This document shows positions 1 through 12,182 of a stretch of DNA of 64,000 nucleotides, piece after piece. Origin of the DNA: Chloroflexota bacterium (GTDB taxonomy: Bacteria > Chloroflexota > UBA11872). The translations under genes and the position numbers were made by a program. Numbering within the stretch: the first letter of the stretch is position 1; every line of letters begins with the position of its first letter. Location: positions 636,310-700,309 of the forward strand of contig CBDAOU010000001.1 of NCBI GenBank assembly GCA_965198185.1, written 5' to 3'. The notes under the pieces are model-generated. The model saw nothing but the letters and a program-made list of their open reading frames with translations. It had not been told where the DNA came from and made no database searches.

Positions 1-709
1 TTTCGTGATGCGGAAAGATGAGGTCGGCGCCGCCGCCGTGGATGTCGATCTGCTCGCCGAACGCCGTCTGGATCATGGTGGAGCACTCGATGTGCCAGCC
101 GGGGCGCCCGCGTCCCCAGGGACTATCCCAGCCGATCTCGTCCTCCGGGGCGAGCTTCCACAGCGCGAAATCCCGCGGATCGCGCTTCTCCGGGTCCACC
201 TCCACACGCGCGCCGGCCTCGACGCCCACATCCTCCGTGCGTCCGGACAGTGAGCCGTATTCCGGGAATGCCGGCACCGAGAAGTAGACGCCCTGCGAGG
301 TGGGATAGGCATAGCCGCGGTCGATGAGGTGCTCCACCGCCGCCACGATTTCGGACATGGAACCGGTAACCGTGGGGTACTCGTGGGCATGGCGCACGCG
401 CAGGCGGTCGAGCACTTCGAAGTAGGCCCGCGTCTGCTCCTCGGCGTAGGCGAGCGGGTCCTGTCCGGCGGCCCGCGCGCGGTCGATGATCTTGTCGTCG
501 ATGTCGGTGAAGTTCTGGAGGTGCCGCACCTCGTAGCCGCGGTATTCCAGATAGCGCCGGACCACGTCCATGTGGACGAACATGAAGCCGTGACCGACGT
601 GGGGCGGGGCCTTGGGCGTCATGCCGCAGACGTAGAGGCGCACCGGCTCGTCGAGCGGCGCGAAGGGGCGTCGCTCTCCCGTGCGCGTGTCCGAGATGTG
701 TAGCGTCAC
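1..709 (-). CDS. cysS: Cysteine--tRNA ligase, N-terminal part (runs off left edge of window)
   Basis: Manual minus-strand translation from GTG at 709: VTLHISDTRTGERRPFAPLDEPVRLYVCGMTPKAPPHVGH...QNFTDIDDKII, giving the CysRS YVCG, HIGH-like and NFTDIDDKII motifs. Not in the ORF track because it has no stop in the window. Confidence 0.93.
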   Translation of the reverse strand, partial: MTLHISDTRTGERRPFAPLDEPVRLYVCGMTPKAPPHVGHGFMFVHMDVVRRYLEYRGYEVRHLQNFTDIDDKIIDRARAAGQDPLAYAEEQTRAYFEVLDRLRVRHAHEYPTVTGSMSEIVAAVEHLIDRGYAYPTSQGVYFSVPAFPEYGSLSGRTEDVGVEAGARVEVDPEKRDPRDFALWKLAPEDEIGWDSPWGRGRPGWHIECSTMIQTAFGEQIDIHGGGADLIFPHHE

Positions 710-742
710 CGTGGCTGACCGTGGGCGATGCGGCGGCGAATT

Positions 743-1231
743 CTACCGATGGCGCCGCGCCAGCAGGACCACCGCGTGGCAGGCGATGGCGCGGCCCTCG
801 CCCACGGCGTCCAGACCTTCATTGGATGCGGCCTTGACGCTGACGCGATCGGCACCCACGTCGAGGCACTCCGCCACGCGCTGCTCGATGGCGGGCACGT
901 GCCCGGCGAGCTTGGGCCGCTCCAGCAACACGGTGGCGTCCACGTTCACCGGTTCCCAGCCGGCGTCGCGGGCACGGGCGGCAGTCTCGCGCGCGAACCG
1001 TGAGCTGTCGGCGCCGCGCCAGGCGGGATCGCTGTCCGGATAGTGCCGGCCGATGTCGCCGGCCTTGAGCGCGCCCAGGACGGCGTCCACGATGGCGTGC
1101 AGCAGCACGTCGGCGTCCGAGTGGCCCACGGCGCCGTGCTCGGACGGAACTTTCACACCGCCGATCAGCAGCGGGCGGCCGGCGGCGAGCCGATGGATGT
1201 CGTAGCCGTGGCCCACGCGCAGCTCGGGCAG
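743..1231 (-). CDS. ispF: 2-C-methyl-D-erythritol 2,4-cyclodiphosphate synthase (start uncertain)
   Basis: RVGHGYDIH, GHSDADVLLHAIVDAVLGA, GDIGRHYPDSD and VSVKA motifs; GGAGG RBS precedes a CTG at 1231. Confidence 0.93.
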   Translation of the reverse strand: MPELRVGHGYDIHRLAAGRPLLIGGVKVPSEHGAVGHSDADVLLHAIVDAVLGALKAGDIGRHYPDSDPAWRGADSSRFARETAARARDAGWEPVNVDATVLLERPKLAGHVPAIEQRVAECLDVGADRVSVKAASNEGLDAVGEGRAIACHAVVLLARRHR

Positions 1232-1254
1232 GGGCTCTGACGCCTCCGTGCCGC

Positions 1255-2175
1255 CTACCAGTAGTCCTCCGTGATCACCTGTGACTCGCGGCCGGTCGTG
1301 GGAAAGCCCTGGCCGGCGAGCACCTCTTTCACGTCGCTGATCATGCCCGGATTGCCGCACAGGTAGGCCGCGCTGCCGGCAACCGAGAGCCGCTCACGCA
1401 CCTGGTCGTGGATCTCGGCGGGCAGGTAGGGGGCCACGCGGCCGATCGCGGGCTCGCCGCAGATCATCCGCAACACGTCGTTCAGCCGCCCGCGGCCCAT
1501 TGCTTCCTCGTACCCGGGGTCTTGGGTGGGGCGGCTGACGACGGGCACGTAGAGCAACTCGAATCCGGCGTCGGCGGCCAGCGCTTCCAGCTCGGCGCGA
1601 TAGCCCAGCTGGCTGGCGTAAGACACCCCGTGCAGCACGGTGAGGCGACGCGGCGTGCGGCCGACGCGCTGATAGTCCTGCCAGAAGACGCGGGCCATCG
1701 AGACAAATGGGGCGAGCCCCGTGCCGGTGGCGGCGCAGACCAGGTCGTGCTGGGTGGTGCGCGAGGGCACAAAGCGGCCGGCTGGGCGCGGCATATAGAG
1801 CACCTCGTCGCCGGGTGCATGGCGCCAGAGCGCGCCGGTGAAGACGCCCTGGCGATTGCTGCCGTCCTCGTCGGCGTCGCGCACCAAGATGACGTAGAAC
1901 TCAAGCGACTCGCGCTCGGCGGACGTCGACGCGATGGAGAACTGACGCGGGCGCGGGTCGTCCGCCGGTTGGTCCCAGAAGGCGAGCTGGGTGTACTGGC
2001 CGGGCTCGAATTCGGCGAATGGCTCGCCGTCGGGGCGATCGATGGTGAAGATCGCGAGATCGGGGTCGTCAAGCAGCTCCCAAGACGCCAGCCGTGCGCG
2101 CTCCATACGCTCGCGAATGTCGCGGCGTCGGCGCCTTGGGGTAGCCGCCGGGGCCTGATCCGCGCCAGCCGTCAC
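1255..2175 (-). CDS. fpr: Ferredoxin/flavodoxin--NADP+ reductase family protein
   Basis: FEPGQY, RQFSIAS (RxYS FAD motif), ATGTGLAPF, YLCGNPGMI and C-terminal EDYW. Confidence 0.82.
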   Translation of the reverse strand: MTAGADQAPAATPRRRRRDIRERMERARLASWELLDDPDLAIFTIDRPDGEPFAEFEPGQYTQLAFWDQPADDPRPRQFSIASTSAERESLEFYVILVRDADEDGSNRQGVFTGALWRHAPGDEVLYMPRPAGRFVPSRTTQHDLVCAATGTGLAPFVSMARVFWQDYQRVGRTPRRLTVLHGVSYASQLGYRAELEALAADAGFELLYVPVVSRPTQDPGYEEAMGRGRLNDVLRMICGEPAIGRVAPYLPAEIHDQVRERLSVAGSAAYLCGNPGMISDVKEVLAGQGFPTTGRESQVITEDYW

Positions 2176-2908
2176 TGCTGCCCACCGTGTGCGGTCATCG
2201 CGTCAGGATAGCCGGGCATGGCCGCCGCGACGCGGGCCTGCGCCGCGCGCAAGTCGGCGGGCCGCGTGATCTTGACGTTGCCGGCGTCGGACTCGAACAC
2301 GTGCACGGGCACGCCCTCGTGCTCCAGCAGCGCCACGTCGTCGGTGAACGCCGCCAGGCGGTCGCGGTTGCGCCGGTGGGCCCGGAGCAGGGCGTCCAGG
2401 CGACCGATTTGGGGGGTCTGGGCCAGCCACACCTGCTCGCGCGGCAGCGTGCGCCCACGCGGCCCGCGGGCGTCACGAGCTTGACGGTGTCGACGGACGG
2501 GACGGCGGCCACGGCGGCGCCGTGCGCCCGGGCCGCCTGGACGCCGCGCGCGATGATGTCCGGGGTCACGAAGGGGCGCGCGCCGTCGTGGATGACGGCG
2601 AACGCCGCGCCGCCGACGACGAGCGTCTCGAGTCCATGGAGGACCGACTCGGCGCGCGACGCGCCGCCCAGCACCACGCGCGTCACCTTGGTCAGGCGCG
2701 CGGCGCGAATGACGTCGGCGATCTGGTCGCGGTTGGCCGCGCTTGCCGTCACCACCACCTGGCGAATCTCAGGCGTTTGCTCGAAGGCGCGCAGGCTCCA
2801 GACGATCAGCGGCGCGTCAGCCAGCGGCGCCAGCAGCTTGTCCTCTCCGCCCATGCGGGTCGCGCCGCCAGCGGCGAGCACCACGGCGTCCACGGGGCCC
2901 GCGGTCAT
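2172..2908 (-). pseudogene. ispD: 2-C-methyl-D-erythritol 4-phosphate cytidylyltransferase, split by a 1-nt frameshift near 2455 (possibly an assembly error)
   Basis: VLAAGGATRMG, DK, IHDGARP and DTVK in ORF 2195-2908; RTLPREQVWLAQTPQ, TDD and NVKIT in the shifted frame (ORF 2172-2432). Confidence 0.85.
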
Positions 2909-4239
2909 GGCAGCGCGAGGGCCAGGGCTTCGGCCAGATTTGCCGCCCCGAGGCCCTCGGTCGCGCCGTTGCGTTCGCCGGCGGCCGGCACCAGGCAGCG
3001 GGTGAAGCCGAGACGCTCGGCCTCGCGCACGCGCACCGCGGCGGAGGGCACCGAGCGCAACTCGCCGGACAGCCCCAGCTCCCCGATCGCCGCGACCTGC
3101 GGCCCGGGCGCCTGGTCGCGCGCGCTGGACGCGATCGCCACGGCCACCGCCAAGTCGACCGCGGGCTCGCGCAGCCGCAAGCCGCCGACCACGTTCACGT
3201 AGACATCGTGATTGCCAAGCTGGACCCCGGCGCGGCGGCCCAGCACCGCCAGCAGCATGTGCAGCCGGTTGAGGTCGAATCCCGTGGCGAGGCGCTTCGG
3301 CAGGGCATAGGCCGTCGGCGCCGTCAGCGCCTGAATCTCGACGACCAGCGGTCGCGTGCCCTCCAGCGGCACCGCAACCGCCGAGCCCGGCGCGCGGGCG
3401 TCCCGTTCGGCGAGGAACAGCGCGGAGGGATTGGGCACCTCGTGCAGTCCGTCGCCGCGCATCTCGAACACGGCCACCTCGAAGGTCGGGCCAAAGCGGT
3501 TCTTCACCGACCGCAGCAGCCGCTGGGCGTGAAAGTCGTCGCCTTCCAGATACAGCACCGTGTCCACGATGTGCTCGAGGGTGCGCGGCCCGGCCACCGT
3601 GCCTTCCTTGGTGACGTGGCCCACCAGCATCACGGGCGTCTGGGAGGCCTTGGCGAACTGCATGATCTGGAGCGTGGCCTCGCGCACCTGGCTGATGCTG
3701 CCGGGCGCCGCCGCCAAGCCCTCGACGCGCACGGTTTGAATTGAGTCGACGACCACGAGGCCGGCGCGCAGTCGCTCGGCTTCGGCCAGCGCGCCGCCGA
3801 CCTCGGTATCCGGATAGATGTGAATGGCGCTGGACTCGAGGCCCATGCGCCGGGCGCGCATGCGGACCTGCTGGGGCGACTCTTCCGCCGCGGCGTAGAG
3901 CACCGGGCGCCGGTCGGTCCCCAGGGCGGCGGCCGCGCGCAGCACGAGGGTGGACTTGCCGATGCCAGGATCGCCGCCGATGAGGATTAGCGCGCCGCCG
4001 ACCAGGCCGCCGCCCAGCACGCGATCAAACTCGCTCATGCCGGTCGAGCGCCGCACGGCGGCATCGTCCTCGACGGCACCCAGCGGTACGGCGGCAACGG
4101 AAGCGGAAGACGACGCCGCGCGCGGCGGGCGGTGCTCGATGATGCTATTCCAGGCGCCGCAGGCGCCGCATTGGCCGCTCCACTGCTGGTGGCGCGCGCC
4201 GCAGTCCTCGCAGATGTAGCTGCTGCGCGCCTTAGCCAT
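2905..4239 (-). CDS. radA: DNA repair protein RadA/Sms
   Basis: N-terminal C4 zinc finger, GGDPGIGKST, KNRFG motif and Lon-like C-terminus. Confidence 0.97.
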   Translation of the reverse strand: MAKARSSYICEDCGARHQQWSGQCGACGAWNSIIEHRPPRAASSSASVAAVPLGAVEDDAAVRRSTGMSEFDRVLGGGLVGGALILIGGDPGIGKSTLVLRAAAALGTDRRPVLYAAAEESPQQVRMRARRMGLESSAIHIYPDTEVGGALAEAERLRAGLVVVDSIQTVRVEGLAAAPGSISQVREATLQIMQFAKASQTPVMLVGHVTKEGTVAGPRTLEHIVDTVLYLEGDDFHAQRLLRSVKNRFGPTFEVAVFEMRGDGLHEVPNPSALFLAERDARAPGSAVAVPLEGTRPLVVEIQALTAPTAYALPKRLATGFDLNRLHMLLAVLGRRAGVQLGNHDVYVNVVGGLRLREPAVDLAVAVAIASSARDQAPGPQVAAIGELGLSGELRSVPSAAVRVREAERLGFTRCLVPAAGERNGATEGLGAANLAEALALALP

Positions 4240-4302
4240 TTGGGCTAGCGCGAAACGCGCTGGGAAGGGTTGGCGCGCCGACGGCGCGGCGCGCGGGCCC
4301 GG

Positions 4303-6758
<2,456 letters not shown>

Positions 6759-6762
<4 letters not shown>

Positions 6763-7313
6763 CTGACATCCCCTGCAGCGGCCCCGGTGTCAGCCGTGGG
6801 CGGTGTCCTTGGCCTCAATTGTCGCACGATAGTCGGCCTCTGGCCCTCGCCGCGGCCGAGTTGGATCGAGCTCTGGCTCATCAACTGCGCGACCTGCGCC
6901 CGCACCTCTTCCAGGTTCACACCCAGACTCTCGAGCACCCCGGGGCCGGTTCCCCCGCCCTCGCGCAGGAGCCCCAGCAGCAGGTGCTCGGTGCCGATGT
7001 AGTTGTGGCCCAGCCGCCGCGCTTCCTCGATGGAGAACTCGATGACCCGCTTCACGCGGGGCGTCAGCCTGAAATTGCCCACCATCCTGGCCTCGCCGCG
7101 GCCGATGACAAACTCCACCGCGTTTCGAACCGTGCGCAACTCAACCCCCTGGTTGGTGAGCACCTGCGCGGCGATGCCCTCGCCCTCGCGCACCAGCCCC
7201 AGCAGCAAGTGCTCGGTGCCGATGTAATCGTGGTTGAACCGCGTAGCCTCGTCTTGGGCGAAGACCAAGACCTGCTTGGCGCGCTCGGTGAGTTTATTCA
7301 GGCGGTCGTTCAC
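6759..7313 (-). CDS. Stand-alone double Clp-N (Clp repeat) domain protein, paralog of the ClpC N-terminus
   Basis: About 145 aa nearly identical to the ClpC N-domain, followed by an unrelated tail; its stop overlaps the clpC GTG (GTGA). Confidence 0.8.
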
Positions 7314-7340
7314 CTGACATCCCCTGCAGCGGCCCCGGTG

Positions 7341-8624
7341 TCAGCCGTGGGCGGTGTCCAAGCTCCCCATTGTCGCACTCTCGCCGGCGTCGGTTGGTAA
7401 CGGCGACAACCGAATCCGCCGCCGGCCGGCGTCGATGCTCAGGATTTGGAACTTGCCGAAGTCCCCCTCGCGCATCGAGTCCAGCGCCGCGTCCCCCAGA
7501 TCGGAGGCGTGGGCCAGTCCTTCGATGCCGTCCGTGAGCCGCACGAAGGCTCCAAACGGCGCCAGCTTGGTCACCTCGCCCTCGACGATTTCGTTCACGC
7601 CGTACTTGGACTCCAGCGACTGCCAGGGGTCCTTGGTCGCGCGGCGCAGGCTGAGGGCGATCTTCTTGTCCTCGCGGTCCAGCGAGAGCACGTAGACCTC
7701 GATCTCCTGGCCCGGCTTCAGAATCTCCTCCGGGCTTTCGACCCGGCTCCACGAGAGCTCCGAGATGTGGGCCAAGCCGTCGGCGCCGCCCAGGTCGACG
7801 AAGGCGCCAAAACTGCAAATGTTGCTCACGATGCCCTGCCGCACCTGGCCGACCTGGAGCTCGTCCAGCAGCACCTCGCGGCGGCGCGAGCGGACCTCGC
7901 GCTCAGCCACGCGCTCGGAGAGGATCAGGCGATTGCGGCGACGGTCGAGCTCAATGATCTTGACGTTGATCTTGCGGCCCACCAGTTCCGCCAGCCGCGC
8001 GGCCAGCTCGTCCTCGGTCTCGTCGCTGGCCCCGCGCCGCAGGCTGGTGAGCTGCGACAGCGGCACGAAGCCGCGCGGCCCCACGTCCACCAGGACGCCG
8101 CCCTTGTTGTATTCGAGGATCGTGGCGTCGATGATCGTGCCGTTCTCGAACAGCTCCTCGGTGGCGCGCCACACCTTTTCCTGCTCGGCGCGGCGGAAGG
8201 AGAGCATGGCGCGGCCGTCGCCTTCCGGCTGCACCACGTACACCAGCACGGTCTCGCCAAGCGAATGAACCGGGCGCGGTTCCTCCAGCCGGGTGTCCCA
8301 CTGCTCGCGCTCGGGCACGAAGCCTTCGGCCTTGAGCCCGATGTCCACGAGAATCTCGTCGGGCTCGATGCCGACCACCACGCCTTCAAGCACGTCGCCG
8401 CGGCCGATGCTCGGCAGCTGCGAACTTGCGTCCTCCAGAAGGTCTTCCATGGACTCGAGCACCGGCATCTCATCCGGCGGCATCGTCTCCGCGACGGCGC
8501 CGGCGGCCGGCGCTTCGTCGGTTGTGGTCAAGGGCGCACCTCTACTGGTTCGGTATCGAACAACTTTCGCAGCGGACCCGAGTATAGCAACGCCATCCTG
8601 GGTTTCTGGTGAAGTCGCGGCCAT
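7341..8624 (-). CDS. rpsA: 30S ribosomal protein S1 (four S1 domains; start may be nearer 8483)
   Basis: VDIGLKAEG, YNKGG, RGFVPLSQ, FGAFVDLGGADGLAHISELSW and FGAFVRL..GIEGL S1 repeats. Confidence 0.88.
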   Translation of the reverse strand: MAATSPETQDGVAILGSAAKVVRYRTSRGAPLTTTDEAPAAGAVAETMPPDEMPVLESMEDLLEDASSQLPSIGRGDVLEGVVVGIEPDEILVDIGLKAEGFVPEREQWDTRLEEPRPVHSLGETVLVYVVQPEGDGRAMLSFRRAEQEKVWRATEELFENGTIIDATILEYNKGGVLVDVGPRGFVPLSQLTSLRRGASDETEDELAARLAELVGRKINVKIIELDRRRNRLILSERVAEREVRSRRREVLLDELQVGQVRQGIVSNICSFGAFVDLGGADGLAHISELSWSRVESPEEILKPGQEIEVYVLSLDREDKKIALSLRRATKDPWQSLESKYGVNEIVEGEVTKLAPFGAFVRLTDGIEGLAHASDLGDAALDSMREGDFGKFQILSIDAGRRRIRLSPLPTDAGESATMGSLDTAHG

Positions 8625-8703
8625 TTCACTCGCCGCGCAGTGCCGGTGCGGCGTCGCCCCGAACCGTTGCGCCTGGGTCGGTGCGACCCAGGCGCCGGCC
8701 CGT

Positions 8704-9471
8704 TCAGGGCATCTGGAACCCGCCGTCGTAGCTGATGTTCTGCCCGGTGATGTAGTCGGCTTCCTCCGACAGCAGGAACGCGGTCATGGTGGCCACGTCC
8801 TCGGGCTGCTCGGCGCGGCCCAGCGGGACCAGCTTGATCATCTCGGCGAACACCTCGCCCTCCTGCCGCCCCTGGCGCGCGCCTTTTTCGCGGTCGATCT
8901 TGGCCCACATGTCGGTATCCACGAGCCCGGGGCTGACGGCGTTGACGCGCACCTGATGTGGGCTCAACTCCAAGGCCAGGTTGCGCGTCAGCCCATGAAG
9001 CGCGGTCTTGCTGGTGCTGTAGGCGCCCAGCCACTCCGAGGGCCGGCGGGACGATGCGGAGGAAATGATGACGATGCTGCCCCGGTTTCGCGCCGCCATG
9101 ACCCGCCCCGCGGCTTGGGTAAAGAAGAACGCGCCATCGAGATTGACCGCCATCAACCGGCGCCAGTCCTCGGGAGCCATCTCCAGCAGCGGCCGCACCA
9201 TCAAGATGCCGGCGTTGGCCACCGCGCCGGTCAGCCCGCCCAGGTCCGCATCCACCTCATTCACCCAGGCCGACACGGCGTCGGGGTCGGTGACGTCCAA
9301 CGCGTCGCCGCGCGCGCGACCGCCGCCCTGCTCGATCGCGACCGCCACTTCGGCGGCGCTGTCGCCGTTGATGTCGGACACCGCGACGGCCCAGCCCTCC
9401 CTGGCCATGCGCAACGCGATCGCTCGACCGATGCCGCGTCCGGCGCCGGTGATGGCAAGTGCCCCCGCCAT
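8704..9471 (-). CDS. SDR family NAD(P)-dependent oxidoreductase
   Basis: TGAGRGIG, ANAGI, YSTSK catalytic motif, VNAVSPG and YITGQ..DGG. Confidence 0.92.
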   Translation of the reverse strand: MAGALAITGAGRGIGRAIALRMAREGWAVAVSDINGDSAAEVAVAIEQGGGRARGDALDVTDPDAVSAWVNEVDADLGGLTGAVANAGILMVRPLLEMAPEDWRRLMAVNLDGAFFFTQAAGRVMAARNRGSIVIISSASSRRPSEWLGAYSTSKTALHGLTRNLALELSPHQVRVNAVSPGLVDTDMWAKIDREKGARQGRQEGEVFAEMIKLVPLGRAEQPEDVATMTAFLLSEEADYITGQNISYDGGFQMP

Positions 9472-9627
9472 TTGTTCCCCCTGCGTCTTGTCCGTGGCTC
9501 CCGACTCGGCGCCGCCGGCGGCCTGGAACCTCTATATGAACTTCGCCGCGACGATCTCAGTGCGCCATCGTACGCGCCGCGGTGGATCGCCGCGGCGTGA
9601 CGCGAAGAGCGGCGCGGTCGGCAGTCC

Positions 9628-10044
9628 CTATGCCGACCCGGTTTCGACAAAGGCCACGCGCGGAAGCAGTTGCTCGTCGAACTCTCCCACCCGCTCTGGT
9701 CCCAGCTCTTCGAGCGCCGCCAAAACCCGGGCCGCCACAACCCTCAGCGCCGTCACGTCGACACCCAGGCACACCGGCTCGAACGGCTCCAAGCGCGCCA
9801 AGCCGTAGCGCAGCAGGTTGCAGGCGCCGCGATGGTTCCCGCGCGAGAGGTGATAGCACCCGACGCCGACCTGCAAGATTCCGCGGTACAGATCGCGCAC
9901 GGGTCCGGTTTCGGCGCGCCAGGCATCTTCCAAGACCTCGTGCTGGGCGTAGAAGGCGCGGTGATTGAAGAGCGCCGCCCCTCGGAGCAGCGCCTCGTCC
10001 GGCGGCCCCTCGCAGCCGCAGGGCACGGAGTCCTTGTCACGCAC
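9628..10044 (-). CDS. DUF309 domain protein
   Basis: GAALFN..FY..HEVLEDAW and GILQVGV..YH...GN pattern; GTG start after a purine-rich RBS. Confidence 0.8.
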   Translation of the reverse strand: MRDKDSVPCGCEGPPDEALLRGAALFNHRAFYAQHEVLEDAWRAETGPVRDLYRGILQVGVGCYHLSRGNHRGACNLLRYGLARLEPFEPVCLGVDVTALRVVAARVLAALEELGPERVGEFDEQLLPRVAFVETGSA

Positions 10045-10205
10045 GCCGCTCCCCCTCACCTCACTCCGGTTTGTCTCAGGCCGGGCGCCAGACGGGCATC
10101 GGCGCACCGGCGTCAGCGCAGAGCCAGAATAGCCAGACGGCATTGGCGCTCCGAGGCGCAGCGCGGGCTTGCGCCGAGCAGGCCCGGCTATACTTCAGAG
10201 AAGCT

Positions 10206-10296
10206 GGAGGGGTGTCCGAGTGGCTTAAGGAGGTGGTCTTGAAAACCACTAGGCGGCTTGCCCGCCTCGTGGGTTCGAATCCCACCCCCTCCGCCA
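10206..10296 (+). tRNA. tRNA-Ser (anticodon TGA)
   Basis: GGAGGGG/CCCCTCC acceptor stem, anticodon arm GTGGT-CTTGAAA-ACCAC, long variable arm, GGTTCGAATCC T-arm, encoded CCA. Confidence 0.96.
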
Positions 10297-10324
10297 GTCG
10301 CCCCGTCCGGCCCGGTCCGATCTT

Positions 10325-10417
10325 GGAGGAGTCGCATAGTTGGTCTAGTGCGGCCGCCTGCTAAGCGGTTACCGGGGGTGTCCCCCTCGGTCGTGGGTTC
10401 GAATCCCACCTCCTCCG
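10325..10417 (+). tRNA. tRNA-Ser (anticodon GCT), CCA not encoded
   Basis: GGAGGAG/CTCCTCC acceptor stem, anticodon arm GCCGC-CTGCTAA-GCGGT, long variable arm, GGTTCGAATCC; followed by CCG rather than CCA. Confidence 0.94.
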
Positions 10418-10611
10418 CCGGCAGTCTCGCTGCGGCCTAGCGCGCGTGTTTGCCGCGCGGCGGCACCCTCGGTGGATCTGCGCCGCCCCACCGATTTCGA
10501 CGCGGCTGCTGGCGATCTCCACCGCGCGGTGACGACGCTCTTACCAGCTTGCGGCACCGACGGTTCCCGCATCTCCAGCACTCGCGCAGCCGACGGTGAG
10601 GCTGCCTGCGA

Positions 10612-10632
10612 TACTATGCATACTTGTATTCA
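10612..10632 (+). promoter_or_regulatory. Putative -10 box and imperfect palindromic operator of the RelBE-type operon
   Basis: TACTAT overlapping the first base of TGCATAC-TT-GTATTCA, a near-perfect inverted repeat just upstream of an RHH-type antitoxin. Confidence 0.45.
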
Positions 10633-10653
10633 CTGCAGTCGGGGACAGACCTC

Positions 10654-10881
10654 CTGGCGACCTCGATCCGCCTGGCTCCCGAAACCGAGGAGCGACTTCG
10701 CTTCCTCGCCGCTCAAACCGGGCGCTCCAAGGCCTTCTACCTGCGCGAGCTCATCGAAAACGGCATCGATGAGCTTGAGGACTACTACCTGGCCGCCAGT
10801 GTGCTCGAGCGCGTGCGCAAGGGGCGGGAGCGCCTGCATCCGGCCGCCGACGTGAAGGCCGACCTTGGCCTGGACGGTTGA
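10654..10881 (+). CDS. RelB/CopG-like ribbon-helix-helix antitoxin
   Basis: ATSIRLAPETEERL..LA..TGRSKAFYLRE...LEDYYLA; overlaps the downstream RelE-like toxin; start codon uncertain (CTG 10654 or TTG 10624). Confidence 0.82.
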   Translation: MATSIRLAPETEERLRFLAAQTGRSKAFYLRELIENGIDELEDYYLAASVLERVRKGRERLHPAADVKADLGLDG

Positions 10882-11131
10882 GTACACCGAGACGTCGCTA
10901 GGGCAACTGCGCAAGCTCGACAAACGCATGGCGCGGCGGGTCATCGAGTACATGGACGAGTTGGTCGCGGTCCTCGATGACCCACGGCGACGCGGCAAGG
11001 CATTGACCGGACCCATGGGCGGCTTGTGGCGTTATCGGATAGGGCGGTGCCGCGTAATCTGCGACCTTCAGGATCAGGTGCTGCGCGTACTGGTGCTGCG
11101 TGTCGCGAGGCGGGACCGGGCCTACCGCTGA
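10865..11131 (+). CDS. RelE/StbE family type II toxin
   Basis: QLRKLD..., DPRRRGKALTG, LWRYRIG..RVIC and R..AY C-terminus. Confidence 0.88.
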   Translation: MAWTVEYTETSLGQLRKLDKRMARRVIEYMDELVAVLDDPRRRGKALTGPMGGLWRYRIGRCRVICDLQDQVLRVLVLRVARRDRAYR

Positions 11132-11165
11132 CTCGCCAGCGCCGCCTCCCACCAGAGCGTGTCGC

Positions 11166-11570
11166 CTAGAGCCAATTCTCGACGGCCAGCCCCGGAACCC
11201 GCTCGAAGTGCCGCACGTTTCCGGTGACCACTGTCAGGCCCCGCGCGAGCGCGATGGCAGCGATGCGCAGATCGGCGTCGCCCAGGGGCGTGCCGCGCCG
11301 CTCCAGCTCGGTCCGCACTTCCCCGTAGCGCCTCGCGGCAGTGGTATCGAACGGAAGGACCGGCAGCTCCGGCAGGAGCCTGGTTTCGATCTGAGTTAGC
11401 AAGTCATCGGCCTGGGGACCCCGCCGCCGTGCTCCATAAAGCAACTCTCCCAGCGTGATGCTGGAGGTGAACTGCGACTCCGCCGGCACGGCGGCCAGCT
11501 TTGTGATCAGGCTCATCGAGGGGGAACGCTTCAGCAGATTGCTCAGGACGTCGGTATCCAGCAGGTACAT
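11166..11570 (-). CDS. VapC/PIN domain toxin
   Basis: YLLDTDVLS, SSITLGEL.YG, DLRIAAIA, VVTGN.RHF.RV.GL..ENW. Confidence 0.92.
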   Translation of the reverse strand: MYLLDTDVLSNLLKRSPSMSLITKLAAVPAESQFTSSITLGELLYGARRRGPQADDLLTQIETRLLPELPVLPFDTTAARRYGEVRTELERRGTPLGDADLRIAAIALARGLTVVTGNVRHFERVPGLAVENWL

Positions 11571-11872
11571 CAGTCCTCGAGCGCCACCTCTCGCCCGGTG
11601 TCGTGCTCCCGCGCGGCATAGATGTCGTCGACCATCGCCTCGATGTCGCGGTCGTCGATGTTGCCCCAGGCGCCGATCAAGGCCAGAGCGCCACGCGGCC
11701 GCGCCACGGCCGCCCGCTCGCTCGCGATCTGTTCCAGGTCGTCCACGCTCACCAGCGCGGCCATGGGCTTGCCGCGGCGTTCGATCACGACGTGTTGTCC
11801 CTGGTAGGCAACCGCCGCCATCAGCGACGAAAGCTCGGCTTTTGCCCGCGCCACACTCACCGTTCTGGTCAG
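11570..11872 (-). CDS. Phd/YefM family antitoxin
   Basis: VSVARAKAELSSL...V...G..VVIERRGKPMAALV; its stop overlaps the vapC start; GGAGG precedes CTG at 11872. Confidence 0.85.
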   Translation of the reverse strand: MTRTVSVARAKAELSSLMAAVAYQGQHVVIERRGKPMAALVSVDDLEQIASERAAVARPRGALALIGAWGNIDDRDIEAMVDDIYAAREHDTGREVALED

Positions 11873-11946
11873 GCTTCGCCTCCGGTACTTCGAAATGGCC
11901 TGCTCACCGTCATGACCATGATGACATATAGGTCAAAAGTAATGCG

Positions 11947-12040
11947 CTACGCCTTGTAGCAAGCCGCCAGCTGCCCTGAGCCCTTGTCTTCGGGCGGCGC
12001 ATGGAGTCTGTCACGGCAAGAGTCGTCGGATACTGAATGG
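11947..12040 (-). repeat. Degenerate copy of the 3' end of the oppF-like gene
   Basis: Translates SDDSCRDRLHAPPEDKGSGQLAACYKA* versus OppF ADDFCRDNDHPPLEDKGEGQLAACYKA; DNA ctacgccttgtagca is also present at 13031. Confidence 0.8.
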
Positions 12041-12182
12041 CGGCACGTCGTACACAGGCGCAGTGCTTGGCGGCGCTTCGGGCTATCTGCCAGCCCGCTT
12101 GGCAGACTTGATCTGGGTATGGAATTCGGTGTCTGCGCCCGCGAGGCCCGGACGCATCAGGCAATGGATTGTCAGTTTGTCG

